NCBI GenBank assembly: GCA_964429805.1
Contig: CAYSDH010000007.1
Location: forward strand, 7,923-71,922
DNA: 64,000 bases
Reading direction: 5' to 3'
Origin: an uncultured Flavobacteriales bacterium
GTDB taxonomy: Bacteria; Bacteroidota; Bacteroidia; Flavobacteriales_D; JABDKJ01
Both the position numbers and the translations under genes were made by a program. This document shows, piece by piece, positions 8,632 through 18,675 of this stretch. Numbering within the stretch: position 1 is the first letter of the stretch; every line of letters begins with the position of its first letter. The notes below the pieces were generated by a model. That model did no database searches, had not been told where the DNA came from, and saw only the letters and a program-made list of their open reading frames with translations.

Positions 8632-9600
8632 ATGGCACGAATCCTCACAGGCGTACAAAGTACAGGCACACCTCATCTTGGAAATATCTTAGGTGCCATC
8701 AGACCGGCTATCCAAATGGCTGAGACTGATGAGAATGAGTCCTTCTTGTTTATCGCAGATATGCACTCGCTGACGCAAATTAAAGATGGCGCGGTACTCC
8801 GACAAAACACCTATGAAGTGGCCGCCACCTGGTTGGCATGCGGACTTGATGTCAACAAGACTGTGTTCTACCGTCAGAGCGATGTACCTGAAACTGCCGA
8901 GTTGTCTTGGTACCTCAGTTGCTTTTATCCCTATCAGCGACTCACACTGGCCCACTCCTTTAAAGACAAAGCCGATAGGTTGGCAGATGTCAATGCGGGT
9001 CTATTTACTTACCCTATGCTCATGGCCGCAGACATACTCTTGTATGATGCGGAGTTTGTGCCAGTCGGAAAAGACCAGTTGCAACACTTGGAAATGACAC
9101 GCGATGTGGCCTCAAGATTTAACCATGCCTTGGGTGAGACATTTGTGATCCCTCAAGACAAGGTTCAGTCAGACACCATGTTGGTGCCAGGAACAGATGG
9201 CAACAAGATGTCAAAATCGAGAGGGAACATCATCAATCTATTTTTACCAGAAAAGAAGCTGAGAAAGCAGATTATGGGAATTGAGACGGACAGTACTCCA
9301 CTCGAAGACCCTAAAGATCCTGATACCTGTAACGCATTTGCACTCTATTCGCTCTTAGGTAGCGAAGCCCAGATTAATGAGATGAGGGCCAACTACACTG
9401 GAGGAAATTACGGCTATGGTCATGCAAAGCAGGCCTTGTTTGAGTTAATTATGGATGAGTTTGGCACTGTACGCTCAGAATTTGAACGATACATCAATGA
9501 CAAAGCTGAACTGGATAGACTACTCGGAATTGGTGCAGATAAAGCAAGGAAAGTGGCTCGAGAGGTAATCGGACGAGTCAGAGAAAAAGCGGGTTACTAG
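8632..9600 (+). CDS. trpS: Tryptophan--tRNA ligase
   Basis: MARILTGVQSTGTPHLGNILGAI (HIGH-type motif) and KMSKS present verbatim (GNKMSKSRGN). Start moved to the internal ATG at 8632. Confidence 0.92.
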   Translation: MARILTGVQSTGTPHLGNILGAIRPAIQMAETDENESFLFIADMHSLTQIKDGAVLRQNTYEVAATWLACGLDVNKTVFYRQSDVPETAELSWYLSCFYPYQRLTLAHSFKDKADRLADVNAGLFTYPMLMAADILLYDAEFVPVGKDQLQHLEMTRDVASRFNHALGETFVIPQDKVQSDTMLVPGTDGNKMSKSRGNIINLFLPEKKLRKQIMGIETDSTPLEDPKDPDTCNAFALYSLLGSEAQINEMRANYTGGNYGYGHAKQALFELIMDEFGTVRSEFERYINDKAELDRLLGIGADKARKVAREVIGRVREKAGY

Positions 9601-10898
9601 CGCTCTTCGGCTTCGTACTTCTCTTTATACTTTTTGTAGTTGACTTCTTGATGGTTTTCAAGATCTACCAAGCGCCCATCAATGTATGCCCTCGTCACCT
9701 CATTGCTGCGCATGTCAAAGGCATCACCTGCTGAGATAAAGAGTGTCGCATCCTTTCCCACTTCTATAGATCCAAGGCGATCATCTATCCCCAAGATTTT
9801 GGCCGCGTTGAGCGTGATTGTTTTTACAGCCTTTTTCTTGTCTAGTCCATAGGCAATGGATGTGCCCACATAGAAGGGGAGATTTCTTGTTCCCATTTGT
9901 TCCATGTCACCAGAATTGTCTAGCGCAAACACTACACCTGCCTCTTCAAGAAGGGCGGGCAACTTAAAAGGAAGGTCAATGTCATCATCCTCGCGTTTTG
10001 GCATTTCGTGTACTCTTCGCAGCAAGACAGACACGTTGTTTTCTTTGAGTTTTTCAATTATCAACGGTGCATCATAGGCACCTACTATGCAGAGTTTGGC
10101 AATGCCGAGATCTCTGCACATGTTCATGGCTGACTCCATCTCCATGGCGCGATCGCTGTGCACATAGAGTGTTTTCGTCTTATCAAAAAGACCGCAAGAA
10201 GCTTCTTTTCGCAAGTCCGTTTTGTCATGGTCGCCTAGACAATAGGCCTTTGATGTTCTTAAGAAATCTTTAAGCTCTTCTACCTGCTTGTCGTAGTTTT
10301 CATTGGCCTTCATCTTGCGGCTACTCCAGTCCCATCGTTCTATACGCGGCCAGTTGAGGTGTATGCCTTCATCGGCTTTGATTACTGCATCTTCCCAGTT
10401 CCAGCCGTCAAAGTGCATGACCGAACTGCTACCTGATATACGTCCTCCGCGCGGTGTGATTTGTCCGAGCAAGACACCATTACTCCTCACTGTTGGGGTG
10501 ACGCGTGAGTCCGTATTAAATGCAATTAGCGCTCGAATGTGCGGATTCATTGACCCGACTTCGCGCTGGTCTCGTGTGGCTCTTACGGCACCAATCTCTT
10601 GCAGTCCAAGAGTCGAGTTAACAGCAATAAATCCTGGATAAAGATGCTGACCCTTAGAGTCAACAATCTCATCATAGGCCAGTGGTTTTGCATTTGCTGC
10701 ACTTCCCACATAGTCTATTTTACCCTCTTTAAAACCAACGGCCCCGTCTTGTATCTCATCTCCGTTTCCTTGATGGATAACGGCTCCTGTGATGAGAATT
10801 GACCCAGTCTGAGATGCCCCCGGAGACTTCACCTGAGCATTGCTCAACAGGCACGTCAAACAGAACAAGAGCGCTATGTACAATCGATTAATGACCAT
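9597..10898 (-). CDS. Secreted amidohydrolase-fold protein lacking the HxH motif
   Basis: Start taken at ATG 10898 (MVINRLYIALLFCLTCLLSNAQ signal), overlapping the upstream stop by 11 nt. Where PGFIDxHxH is expected the sequence is PGFIAVNSTLG. C-terminal GSIEVGKDATLF is amidohydrolase-like. Confidence 0.7.
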   Translation of the reverse strand: MVINRLYIALLFCLTCLLSNAQVKSPGASQTGSILITGAVIHQGNGDEIQDGAVGFKEGKIDYVGSAANAKPLAYDEIVDSKGQHLYPGFIAVNSTLGLQEIGAVRATRDQREVGSMNPHIRALIAFNTDSRVTPTVRSNGVLLGQITPRGGRISGSSSVMHFDGWNWEDAVIKADEGIHLNWPRIERWDWSSRKMKANENYDKQVEELKDFLRTSKAYCLGDHDKTDLRKEASCGLFDKTKTLYVHSDRAMEMESAMNMCRDLGIAKLCIVGAYDAPLIIEKLKENNVSVLLRRVHEMPKREDDDIDLPFKLPALLEEAGVVFALDNSGDMEQMGTRNLPFYVGTSIAYGLDKKKAVKTITLNAAKILGIDDRLGSIEVGKDATLFISAGDAFDMRSNEVTRAYIDGRLVDLENHQEVNYKKYKEKYEAEER

Positions 10899-13893
10899 GC
10901 TCTTCTCCTTCCATGTCATCACAGTGATAGTACTTCTTTGGCGTCCACTGATGCTTTTTCCCTTCACTTCCAGCTCCCTCTTCAAGCATCTTTTGAATCA
11001 GTGCATTGCGCTCTGCCTCTATCTGCGCGCGCATCGCTTTATCTTCGTTGATGTCATAATATTTGATGCCATCTACATACGTCTGTTCGGCTTTGGCATA
11101 AATCGACAATGGGTTGTCTGACCAGATCACTATGTCAGCATCCTTACCTTCTTTGAGGCTTCCCATGCGCTCATCTAGGTGAAGCATTTTAGCTGGATTG
11201 AGGGTCACCATTTTCCAAGCTTCTTCTTCACTTACACCACCATACTTCACAGCCTTGGCCGCTTCTTGGTTGAGTCTTCTCGCCATTTCGGCATCATCAG
11301 AATTGATGCCCACTAGTACACCTTGCTGCGCCATCAGGGCCGCATTATAAGGTATCGCCTCATTGACCTCAAACTTATATGCCCACCAATCTGAAAAAGT
11401 AGAGCCCGCTGCTCCATGCTCTTTCATCTTATCGGCCAGCTTATATCCTTCGAGAATGTGTGTGAACGTGTTGATGGTAAAGTTCATAGAGTCGGCCACA
11501 GACATGAGCATGTTTATCTCTGACTGCACATAACTGTGGCAGGTGATAAATCGCTTTTTATCCATGATTTCAGCTATCGCGTCCAGCTCAAGGTCTCTTC
11601 GCTTATTACCAAGTGTACTCTTGTACTCTCTAGCACGGATGAAGTGATCGTAATAGGCCTGCTCTACACCCATTCTCGTCTGCGGGAAGCGGATCGTATT
11701 TTGATCCCCCCAGTTACTCTGCTTCACATTCTCACCAAGTGCAAATTTTATAAAGCCATCAGCCCCGCGAATTTTTAATTGGTCTGCTTTCAGACCCCAT
11801 CTCAACTTTATGAGTGCGCTCTGACCACCTATCGGGTTGGCCGAGCCATGCAGCAATTGCGCCACAGTAACACCTCCTGCTAGTTGTCGGTATATGCTAA
11901 TGTCATCAGGATTGACAGAGTCTCCGATTCGGACTTCTGCGCTGCTCACTTGAGTGCCTTCATTGACTCCGCGTGTGATGGCAATGTGTGAATGCTCATC
12001 TATCACTCCACTAGTCACGTGCTTACCATATGCCTCTATATTGACAAAATCTCCTTTGTCCTTCTTTTTAGGAAAGACCACATCGAGGTTTAGGTTGTGT
12101 CCTACTGCCACGATTTTCCCATCTCTGACCACAATGTCGGCATCTTGCATCACACCTTCTTCTTCATTTGTCCAGAGGGTGGCGTTGCGGATCACAAAGT
12201 CTTTAGGCATCGGTTTTTCGGACCAGCCGTAAGCCATGTTGGGGTAAGTCAGTCGTGAGACTCTTTTGTCTTTATGCTGTTCTGTTGGCTTTGGTGGCGT
12301 GTTGTCCGCTTGCTTGAGTATGGCGCTCCAGTTGACCCAGTTTCCGTTTGGGTCTTGGCCTTTTCCATCCCAGAGATTTCCGCGCGAGGCGATGGTGCCT
12401 GTCAGACGATAGACGCCTTTTTTGCTGTCGTCTCCAAAGTTCATGCTGAGCGTAATCAGCCGATCTACGAGCGTGATGTCCACCTTCACCTTTGAGGTGT
12501 CTGTACCTGATTTGCGAATGCTCCCTGAGTAGCTTCCTTTATCCTCTTTGACAAGAAGACTGTGTCGCTGACCATTTATATTGAGGTCATACGTGCCGGC
12601 CACATCCACACTTTGTCTGCTTGTGATGATGTTTCGGTTACCCTGAGTCCAGTTTTCATAGATGACTGAGCCCTTGTTAAAAATGGGGCCAGAGCTGATT
12701 AAAAAATTGGCCTGATATCCTTTTGCCAATCGGCCAAGATTAGATTGCTGACCAATCACACGGGCAGGATTCTCAGTGAGTGCTGCAAGTGCTACACTCT
12801 CGGTCAGTCCGTTTTCTATGACTTTTCTTACTTGAGCTATGAGACTGCCCGCATCCTTGAGGCCGTGAGCCGTAAATGAGAAGTCTACACCCAGCGAATA
12901 GAGGTAACTTGCATTGGCCGGAGCTTGCTCCCATCGTCTAAGTTTACTCAGCGGAATGTTAATGGCCTCAAAGGGATTGCTCACATCAAAGGCCTCGGGG
13001 AAATCAAGAGGCAGAATCAAGTGATTGCCAGAGACTGCAATGTCACTGGCCCGCTCATACTCATCTCCAGACCCTTTGATGATGTATTTGAATCCAAATT
13101 CTGAGGCAATATTATTTGCTCTAAAAATGTCGTTCTTCTCAGTACACTCCATGAACTGTGGCAAGGCCATGTTCTCAGCAAGCGCTTCTAATGAGAGGTT
13201 TGTTTCGGCAGACTGGCCACTTTTGTGCCACTGCATGTCATACATAGTCTGTCTCAACAAGGCCACCGAGCCCATGAGCGAACGAGGGTAATCTTGTTTA
13301 GACCTGCCTTTTGAGAAGGAATGAAACTGGGCAGCACGACTGCTGATTACCGTCTCGTTTTCTGTCTTGGTAGACAAGGAGGTCAAGACGCCAGTACCTC
13401 TAATGATACCGTCTTTATGATGACTCAGTACTACGCCAAAACCTGCTTTCTGAAGTGCCTCACGTTTTTTCTTGTCGTGCTTAAACTCTTCGACTGCATG
13501 ATACTCTGGGCGCACAGCTTCATTCCACCCAAAAGCGCCTTTTTCGCTTCGCTCCATCTGCGGGCCACGCTTACGCTCTGCTTTTTTATTCTCTGAAATT
13601 CCGTAGTCTGAATAGAGGTCTATGAACGAAGGATAGATGTGGGCTCCGGCCAAGTCGATGGTCACTGCATCGACAGGTATGTACACACCTTCTCCTGCTT
13701 CGACTACCTTTCCTTCTTTGACAAGCATGGTTCCGTTTGCCACACTAGTTTTAGAGTCAATGTGTATGAATGCATTGATAAAGGCGATAGTCTCTTGATT
13801 ATACGTAGCCGCACCATTTTCAGGAAAGGTCTCTTGAGCCAATCCATGAAGGCTGAATAGAACAATAAATGATATGGAGAGTAGGTAACGCAT
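10888..13893 (-). CDS. Secreted two-module amidohydrolase-family protein (N-module degenerate, C-module with intact HxH)
   Basis: 1001 aa, signal MRYLLSISFIVLFSLHGLAQ. The N-module has PSFIDLYSDYG in place of HxH. The C-module has GVIDEHSHIA (HSH at 11986..11994), later INSDD, and GSLKEGKDADIVIW. Confidence 0.75.
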   Translation of the reverse strand: MRYLLSISFIVLFSLHGLAQETFPENGAATYNQETIAFINAFIHIDSKTSVANGTMLVKEGKVVEAGEGVYIPVDAVTIDLAGAHIYPSFIDLYSDYGISENKKAERKRGPQMERSEKGAFGWNEAVRPEYHAVEEFKHDKKKREALQKAGFGVVLSHHKDGIIRGTGVLTSLSTKTENETVISSRAAQFHSFSKGRSKQDYPRSLMGSVALLRQTMYDMQWHKSGQSAETNLSLEALAENMALPQFMECTEKNDIFRANNIASEFGFKYIIKGSGDEYERASDIAVSGNHLILPLDFPEAFDVSNPFEAINIPLSKLRRWEQAPANASYLYSLGVDFSFTAHGLKDAGSLIAQVRKVIENGLTESVALAALTENPARVIGQQSNLGRLAKGYQANFLISSGPIFNKGSVIYENWTQGNRNIITSRQSVDVAGTYDLNINGQRHSLLVKEDKGSYSGSIRKSGTDTSKVKVDITLVDRLITLSMNFGDDSKKGVYRLTGTIASRGNLWDGKGQDPNGNWVNWSAILKQADNTPPKPTEQHKDKRVSRLTYPNMAYGWSEKPMPKDFVIRNATLWTNEEEGVMQDADIVVRDGKIVAVGHNLNLDVVFPKKKDKGDFVNIEAYGKHVTSGVIDEHSHIAITRGVNEGTQVSSAEVRIGDSVNPDDISIYRQLAGGVTVAQLLHGSANPIGGQSALIKLRWGLKADQLKIRGADGFIKFALGENVKQSNWGDQNTIRFPQTRMGVEQAYYDHFIRAREYKSTLGNKRRDLELDAIAEIMDKKRFITCHSYVQSEINMLMSVADSMNFTINTFTHILEGYKLADKMKEHGAAGSTFSDWWAYKFEVNEAIPYNAALMAQQGVLVGINSDDAEMARRLNQEAAKAVKYGGVSEEEAWKMVTLNPAKMLHLDERMGSLKEGKDADIVIWSDNPLSIYAKAEQTYVDGIKYYDINEDKAMRAQIEAERNALIQKMLEEGAGSEGKKHQWTPKKYYHCDDMEGEEHGH

Positions 13894-13994
13894 ATAGATG
13901 CGGCCACAAAGCTATTAAATCAGAACTCTGTACGGCAAGAGAATAAGCCACAGGATTTTAGGATTTACTAACTTTAAGCTCAAATCAGACAACA

Positions 13995-14438
13995 ATGGAA
14001 ACTGGACTTCAGCACGCACACTCTGGACTACGATGGATACTTCTTTTACTTCTCGTTTTCTCTGTAATAAAGGCCTTTAGCGGACGAGGCGGCAACACGC
14101 GCTTTTTTGACAAAACCCGAAAGCTCGCCCTCTTCACCTTGATTTTTGCACATCTTCAGCTGTTGTTAGGTTTTGCATTGTACTTCATCAAAGGGTATTA
14201 CAAACTTTTAAATGCCCAAGGCATGAGCGATAAGATGACGCGATTTCTTGGCGTAGAACATATGGTCGGCATGCTTATCGCCATCATACTTATCACGGTG
14301 GGTTACAAGAAAATTAAGGCTGGTGAGACTGACGGAAAGAAGTTTAAGTCAATGTTTTCTTATTACGGAATTGCCTTGCTACTTATTCTGGCCTCTATAC
14401 CGTGGCCATTTCGATTTGCACAATATGGCTGGTTCTAA
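13995..14438 (+). CDS. Small 4-TM membrane protein with conserved-looking histidines (possible b-type cytochrome; function unknown)
   Basis: 147-aa ORF with four hydrophobic segments. His residues sit at HAHSGLRW, FAHLQ and VEHMVG. It ends 9 nt before the hydroxylase gene. Confidence 0.5.
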   Translation: METGLQHAHSGLRWILLLLLVFSVIKAFSGRGGNTRFFDKTRKLALFTLIFAHLQLLLGFALYFIKGYYKLLNAQGMSDKMTRFLGVEHMVGMLIAIILITVGYKKIKAGETDGKKFKSMFSYYGIALLLILASIPWPFRFAQYGWF

Positions 14439-14447
14439 CATCGGCTT

Positions 14448-15254
14448 ATGCAGGCTCTAGTAGACTACTTCTCAAACATACCCACGAGCCATCGCACGGC
14501 TCTGCTTTTAGGTGGCATGGTTTTTTTCTGGATGATAGAAGGGCTTGTGCCGTTGATGCGCATGCGTTATCAGAAATTTACACACGCGCTTCCTAATCTG
14601 TTTTTCACTGTGACCACGGCCATAGTCAATCTTGGTTTTGCATTTTTAATCCTCTCTGCGGCTAACAATCCTTATGGCCTGCTCTCTCACGTAGACCTAC
14701 ACTGGGCTGTTGAGTTGATTATCGGACTGTTGATTTTAGACCTCATCGGGGCCTACTTGGTTCACTGGGTAGAACATCAAGTGCCATGGATGTGGAAGTT
14801 TCATGTCATTCATCATTCTGACACCAAGGTTGATGCAACCACTGCCTTGAGGCATCATCCTGGCGAGAGTATTTTTCGTGCTTTTTTTACCGTCATCGCG
14901 GTGGCACTAACGGGGGCACCTGTCTGGATGGTCTTGCTCTATCAGTCACTCTCCGCACTGATGTCTCAGTTTAATCATGCCAACCTCAATCTGGGCAAGA
15001 ACGTGGACAGGCTGCTCAGTTATGTTATTTGCACGCCCGGCATGCACCGTGTGCATCATCATGCAGAGCAACCGCTGACTGATATGAATTATGGGAATCT
15101 TTTCTCCTTTTGGGACCGTGTCTTCGGTACATTTACCCGCGCATCTGCCGAGAGCTTAACGCTCGGACTAGATGTGTTTGACAAGCGCGAAGGGCATCTG
15201 GGTGACCTACTTAAACTGCCCTTTGATGGAAAAAGCTATACCACAAAAGACTAA
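14448..15254 (+). CDS. Fatty acid hydroxylase / sterol desaturase superfamily di-iron membrane enzyme
   Basis: Three His boxes: HWVEH, HVIHH, HRVHHH. Confidence 0.8.
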   Translation: MQALVDYFSNIPTSHRTALLLGGMVFFWMIEGLVPLMRMRYQKFTHALPNLFFTVTTAIVNLGFAFLILSAANNPYGLLSHVDLHWAVELIIGLLILDLIGAYLVHWVEHQVPWMWKFHVIHHSDTKVDATTALRHHPGESIFRAFFTVIAVALTGAPVWMVLLYQSLSALMSQFNHANLNLGKNVDRLLSYVICTPGMHRVHHHAEQPLTDMNYGNLFSFWDRVFGTFTRASAESLTLGLDVFDKREGHLGDLLKLPFDGKSYTTKD

Positions 15255-16442
15255 ATGGGCGACAAGCACAGTACACATTACGATCCCGAAGAGGCTGTAT
15301 TAATTGGAATAATCACCCAAGAACAAACAGACGAAGAAGTTGACGAGTACTTGGATGAACTCGCCTTTCTAGCAGAAACTGCTGGTGCGAGATGCAAGAA
15401 AAGATTCATTCAGCGTCTAGCAAAACCCCATGTAAAAACATTTATAGGGTCTGGAAAACTCGATGAAGTGCAGGCCTACTGTGTAGAGCATGATATAGAC
15501 ATGGTCATATTTGATGATGACTTGAGTGCGACACAGTTGAGAAATGTAGAGCGCCAATTAGAACGTAAGATCCTTGACAGGAGTAATCTAATCCTTGACA
15601 TATTTGCGGCACGTGCGCGCACTGCGCATGCCAAAACTCAAGTAGAGCTGGCGCAGTACCAATACTTGCTACCACGACTAACCCGCATGTGGACTCACCT
15701 AGAGAGACAGAAAGGTGGTATCGGAATGCGCGGGCCGGGTGAGACACAGATAGAAAGTGACCGAAGGGTGATTGGTCAAAAGATTGCCAAACTCAAAGAG
15801 CAGCTTGCCAAGATAGACCGTCAGATGGCCACGCAGCGAAGTAATCGTGGTGCGATGGTGCGTGTGGCACTGGTAGGATACACCAACGTGGGCAAGTCTA
15901 CACTGATGAACATACTAAGTAAGAGTGATGTTTTTGCTGAAGACAAACTCTTTGCTACACTCGACACGACTGTCAGAAAAGTAGTGATACACAATGTGCC
16001 TTGTCTTCTTTCGGATACAGTTGGGTTCATTCGTAAACTGCCTACTCAGCTCATCGAGTCGTTTAAATCGACATTGGATGAGGTGCGTGAAGCTGATATA
16101 TTGGTGCACGTGCTTGACATCTCTCACCCTACGTTTGAAAACCAATATGATGTGGTCAACGCCACGCTGTCAGACATCGGATGTGAAGACAAGCCGACCA
16201 TTGTCCTCTTCAATAAAATTGATGCTTACGAAGCAGAACAGAGTGACATTATACCGCAAGAGCATCATGACTATCTGCTTAACGAGCTCAGAGAAACGTG
16301 GATGGCTAAGCTAGATGGTAAAGAGGTGATTTTTATCTCGGCCAAAGACAAGGTCAATATCGACAAGCTGCGCAACATGCTGTATGAGCGAGTTAAAGAG
16401 ATACACGCTGTGCGTTTCCCTTATGATAGCTTCTTGTATTAA
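15255..16442 (+). CDS. hflX: GTPase HflX
   Basis: HflX N-domain pattern (LILDIFAARARTAHAKTQVELAQ) and G1 motif GYTNVGKSTL. Confidence 0.9.
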   Translation: MGDKHSTHYDPEEAVLIGIITQEQTDEEVDEYLDELAFLAETAGARCKKRFIQRLAKPHVKTFIGSGKLDEVQAYCVEHDIDMVIFDDDLSATQLRNVERQLERKILDRSNLILDIFAARARTAHAKTQVELAQYQYLLPRLTRMWTHLERQKGGIGMRGPGETQIESDRRVIGQKIAKLKEQLAKIDRQMATQRSNRGAMVRVALVGYTNVGKSTLMNILSKSDVFAEDKLFATLDTTVRKVVIHNVPCLLSDTVGFIRKLPTQLIESFKSTLDEVREADILVHVLDISHPTFENQYDVVNATLSDIGCEDKPTIVLFNKIDAYEAEQSDIIPQEHHDYLLNELRETWMAKLDGKEVIFISAKDKVNIDKLRNMLYERVKEIHAVRFPYDSFLY

Positions 16443-18289
16443 GTGAAGCCCTGAAGGTCACACAGCCTTTTGTACACTCCACCGCGCGCTATTAAGTCAG
16501 CGTGTGCACCGCGCTCTACAATTTTGCCTTTTTGCAACACCAAAATCTCATCGACATGCTGAATGGTGCTCAACCTGTGTGCGATTATTAATGAGGTTCT
16601 GTCTTTCATCAAATTGACCAAGGCGTCTTGAACCAATTTTTCTGACTCAGTGTCTAGTGCAGAAGTGGCTTCGTCAAGAATCAATATTGGAGGGTTCTTT
16701 AGCACGGCACGTGCGATACTTAATCGCTGTTTTTGTCCACCAGAAAGTTTGTTTCCTCCGTCACCAATATTAGTCTGATACCCTGCACTCATCTGCTCTA
16801 TGAAGTCATGTGCGTTAGCCACTTTGGCTGCCGCTGTCACTTGCTCTAAGGTCACATTGTCCATGCCAAAAGCGATGTTGTTATACACCGTATCGTTAAA
16901 CAAGATGGACTGCTGAGTGACAATGCCCATCAAGCCGCGCACATCATTGAGCTTGGCATCTTTTAGATCAATACCATCAATGCGTATGCTTCCAGAATTG
17001 ACATCATAAAAGCGCGGCAGAAGGTCGGCAATGGTCGATTTTCCTCCGCCCGATTCTCCGACCAAAGCCAGTGATTGGCCTTTTTCAAGATTAAAGGAAA
17101 TGTCTGTCAACACGGGCTCCTCTTCATAGGCAAAGCCCACCGAGTCGTACTCTATCTTGTTGTTAAACACCCCTATGGATTCAGGCCTGGCTTGCTCTTC
17201 AATCTTATTGTCTGCTTTAAGAATGGCGTTGACCCTGTCTACAGAAGCAGAGCCTCGACCTATGTCAGCCACCACTTTAGAAATATTCTGCACGGGTCGC
17301 AACAGGTTAGAGAACATGATGATAAAACCGATGAACTGTGAGCCTGTCAAGGAGTCAAAATCGCCTTCAGTCAAAATTAATCGCCCACCGTACCACACGA
17401 TACCGACCATGACACAGGCGCCTAAAAACTCACTGACAGGTGAGGCCAATTCGCGCTTGATATTGACTTTGGTGATTAGGCGTTTTACTTGATCATTGAT
17501 TTTGGCAAAGCCGCCTTTCATCTGACGCTCTGCATTAAATGCTTTGATGATACGCAGTCCGCCAAGGCTTTCTTCTAAAAAACTCAACAGATCGCCTTGC
17601 GCATCTTGACCCTTGAGTGATGTTCGTCTTAGACTTTTACTGATTCTAGAAATCACGAAGCCTGAAATGGGCAGAAGAACAAGAGAGAATAAAGTCAATT
17701 GTGGCGAAATCAGAAACATGGTGCCCAGACTGAGAATGACATTGAGCGGATCTCTGACGAGCATTTCTAATGAGCCGATAATCGAAATCTCTACGGCCAG
17801 CACATCGGCCGTGCTTCTGGACAGTACATCACCTTTGCGCTCGTCAGAAAAATAACTGAGCGGCAAGGCCAGAAGTTTGTCATAGACATCTTTACGTATG
17901 TCTCGCGCGATGCCCTGTCGCAAATGAGACACCGCCACCATGGCCAAAAAGCGAAACAGGTTTTTGAGTAAAAACAGCACAATGATGATGACACAGATGA
18001 AACCCAAAACTTGCAGTTTGTCCCCGCCATCGACATAGCCGCCCATTATTTCTGCGAATTTGACTTCAAGATAGTCCATGCTGAGCCCTTGGTCAGCGGC
18101 ACTTTTTGGGGCTTTACTCAGCCCAAAAAGCAAGTTGAGAAAGGGTATAAAAAGCAGTAACGACAGGAGGTTGAAGAGCACAAAAAACAGGTTAAACACA
18201 AGGTTTAGGAATGCCTGTCTCTTGTAACCGGTGATATATCGCAGTATCTGTAGAAAATTCTTCAATCTGGTCAAATTGATAAGGGACAA
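16439..18289 (-). CDS. ABC transporter, fused permease/ATP-binding protein (MsbA-like exporter)
   Basis: Six-TM N-domain, Walker A GESGGGKST, signature LSGGQKQR, Walker B ILILDEATSALD. The start is uncertain (TTG at 18289 or TTG at 18265). Confidence 0.85.
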   Translation of the reverse strand: MSLINLTRLKNFLQILRYITGYKRQAFLNLVFNLFFVLFNLLSLLLFIPFLNLLFGLSKAPKSAADQGLSMDYLEVKFAEIMGGYVDGGDKLQVLGFICVIIIVLFLLKNLFRFLAMVAVSHLRQGIARDIRKDVYDKLLALPLSYFSDERKGDVLSRSTADVLAVEISIIGSLEMLVRDPLNVILSLGTMFLISPQLTLFSLVLLPISGFVISRISKSLRRTSLKGQDAQGDLLSFLEESLGGLRIIKAFNAERQMKGGFAKINDQVKRLITKVNIKRELASPVSEFLGACVMVGIVWYGGRLILTEGDFDSLTGSQFIGFIIMFSNLLRPVQNISKVVADIGRGSASVDRVNAILKADNKIEEQARPESIGVFNNKIEYDSVGFAYEEEPVLTDISFNLEKGQSLALVGESGGGKSTIADLLPRFYDVNSGSIRIDGIDLKDAKLNDVRGLMGIVTQQSILFNDTVYNNIAFGMDNVTLEQVTAAAKVANAHDFIEQMSAGYQTNIGDGGNKLSGGQKQRLSIARAVLKNPPILILDEATSALDTESEKLVQDALVNLMKDRTSLIIAHRLSTIQHVDEILVLQKGKIVERGAHADLIARGGVYKRLCDLQGFT

Positions 18290-18320
18290 ATTAACGACTA
18301 ATAGACTGAACTCATTGTCT

Positions 18321-18328
18321 TACCTTTG
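18321..18328 (+). promoter_or_regulatory. Candidate -7 promoter element (TACCTTTG)
   Basis: Exact TAnnTTTG match ending 7 nt upstream of the rbfA ATG at 18336. This would give a near-leaderless mRNA. Confidence 0.4.
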
Positions 18329-18335
18329 CGCGCTT

Positions 18336-18671
18336 ATGGCCTCGATACGTCAAGAACGCATAGCGAGTCTTTTAAAAAAAGAGCTCGGATCCATCTTTCA
18401 AGAAGAACGGACATCCATTTTTGGTGGCTTGTTTATTTCGGTGACTCAAGTGCGGCCAAGTCCAGACATGTCTTCCTGCAAGGTGTTTTTAAGCATCATG
18501 GATAAGGTGAACAAAAAAGCAGTAGTCAAAGAGATTAACGAAAGGCGCGGACTGGTGCGTGGTAAACTCGGCCACCGCGTGGGTAAGCAACTGCGTATCA
18601 CGCCAGACCTATTCTTTTATCTAGATGATTCTTTAGACTATTCTGAAAAAATAGACGAACTACTTAACTGA
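18336..18671 (+). CDS. rbfA: Ribosome-binding factor A
   Basis: MASIRQERIASLLKKELGSIFQ... is the typical RbfA N-terminus. Start moved from the track's 18231 to the ATG at 18336. Confidence 0.85.
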   Translation: MASIRQERIASLLKKELGSIFQEERTSIFGGLFISVTQVRPSPDMSSCKVFLSIMDKVNKKAVVKEINERRGLVRGKLGHRVGKQLRITPDLFFYLDDSLDYSEKIDELLN

Positions 18672-18675
18672 CCAC

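Noticed and set aside
8458-8676. Upstream 73-codon extension of the acyltransferase ORF, and the 34-codon extension of trpS (8530..8631)
   Set aside because: The extensions overlap each other on opposite strands and contain no conserved sequence. The internal ATGs give family-typical N-termini, and a TAnnTTTG motif sits before trpS ATG 8632.
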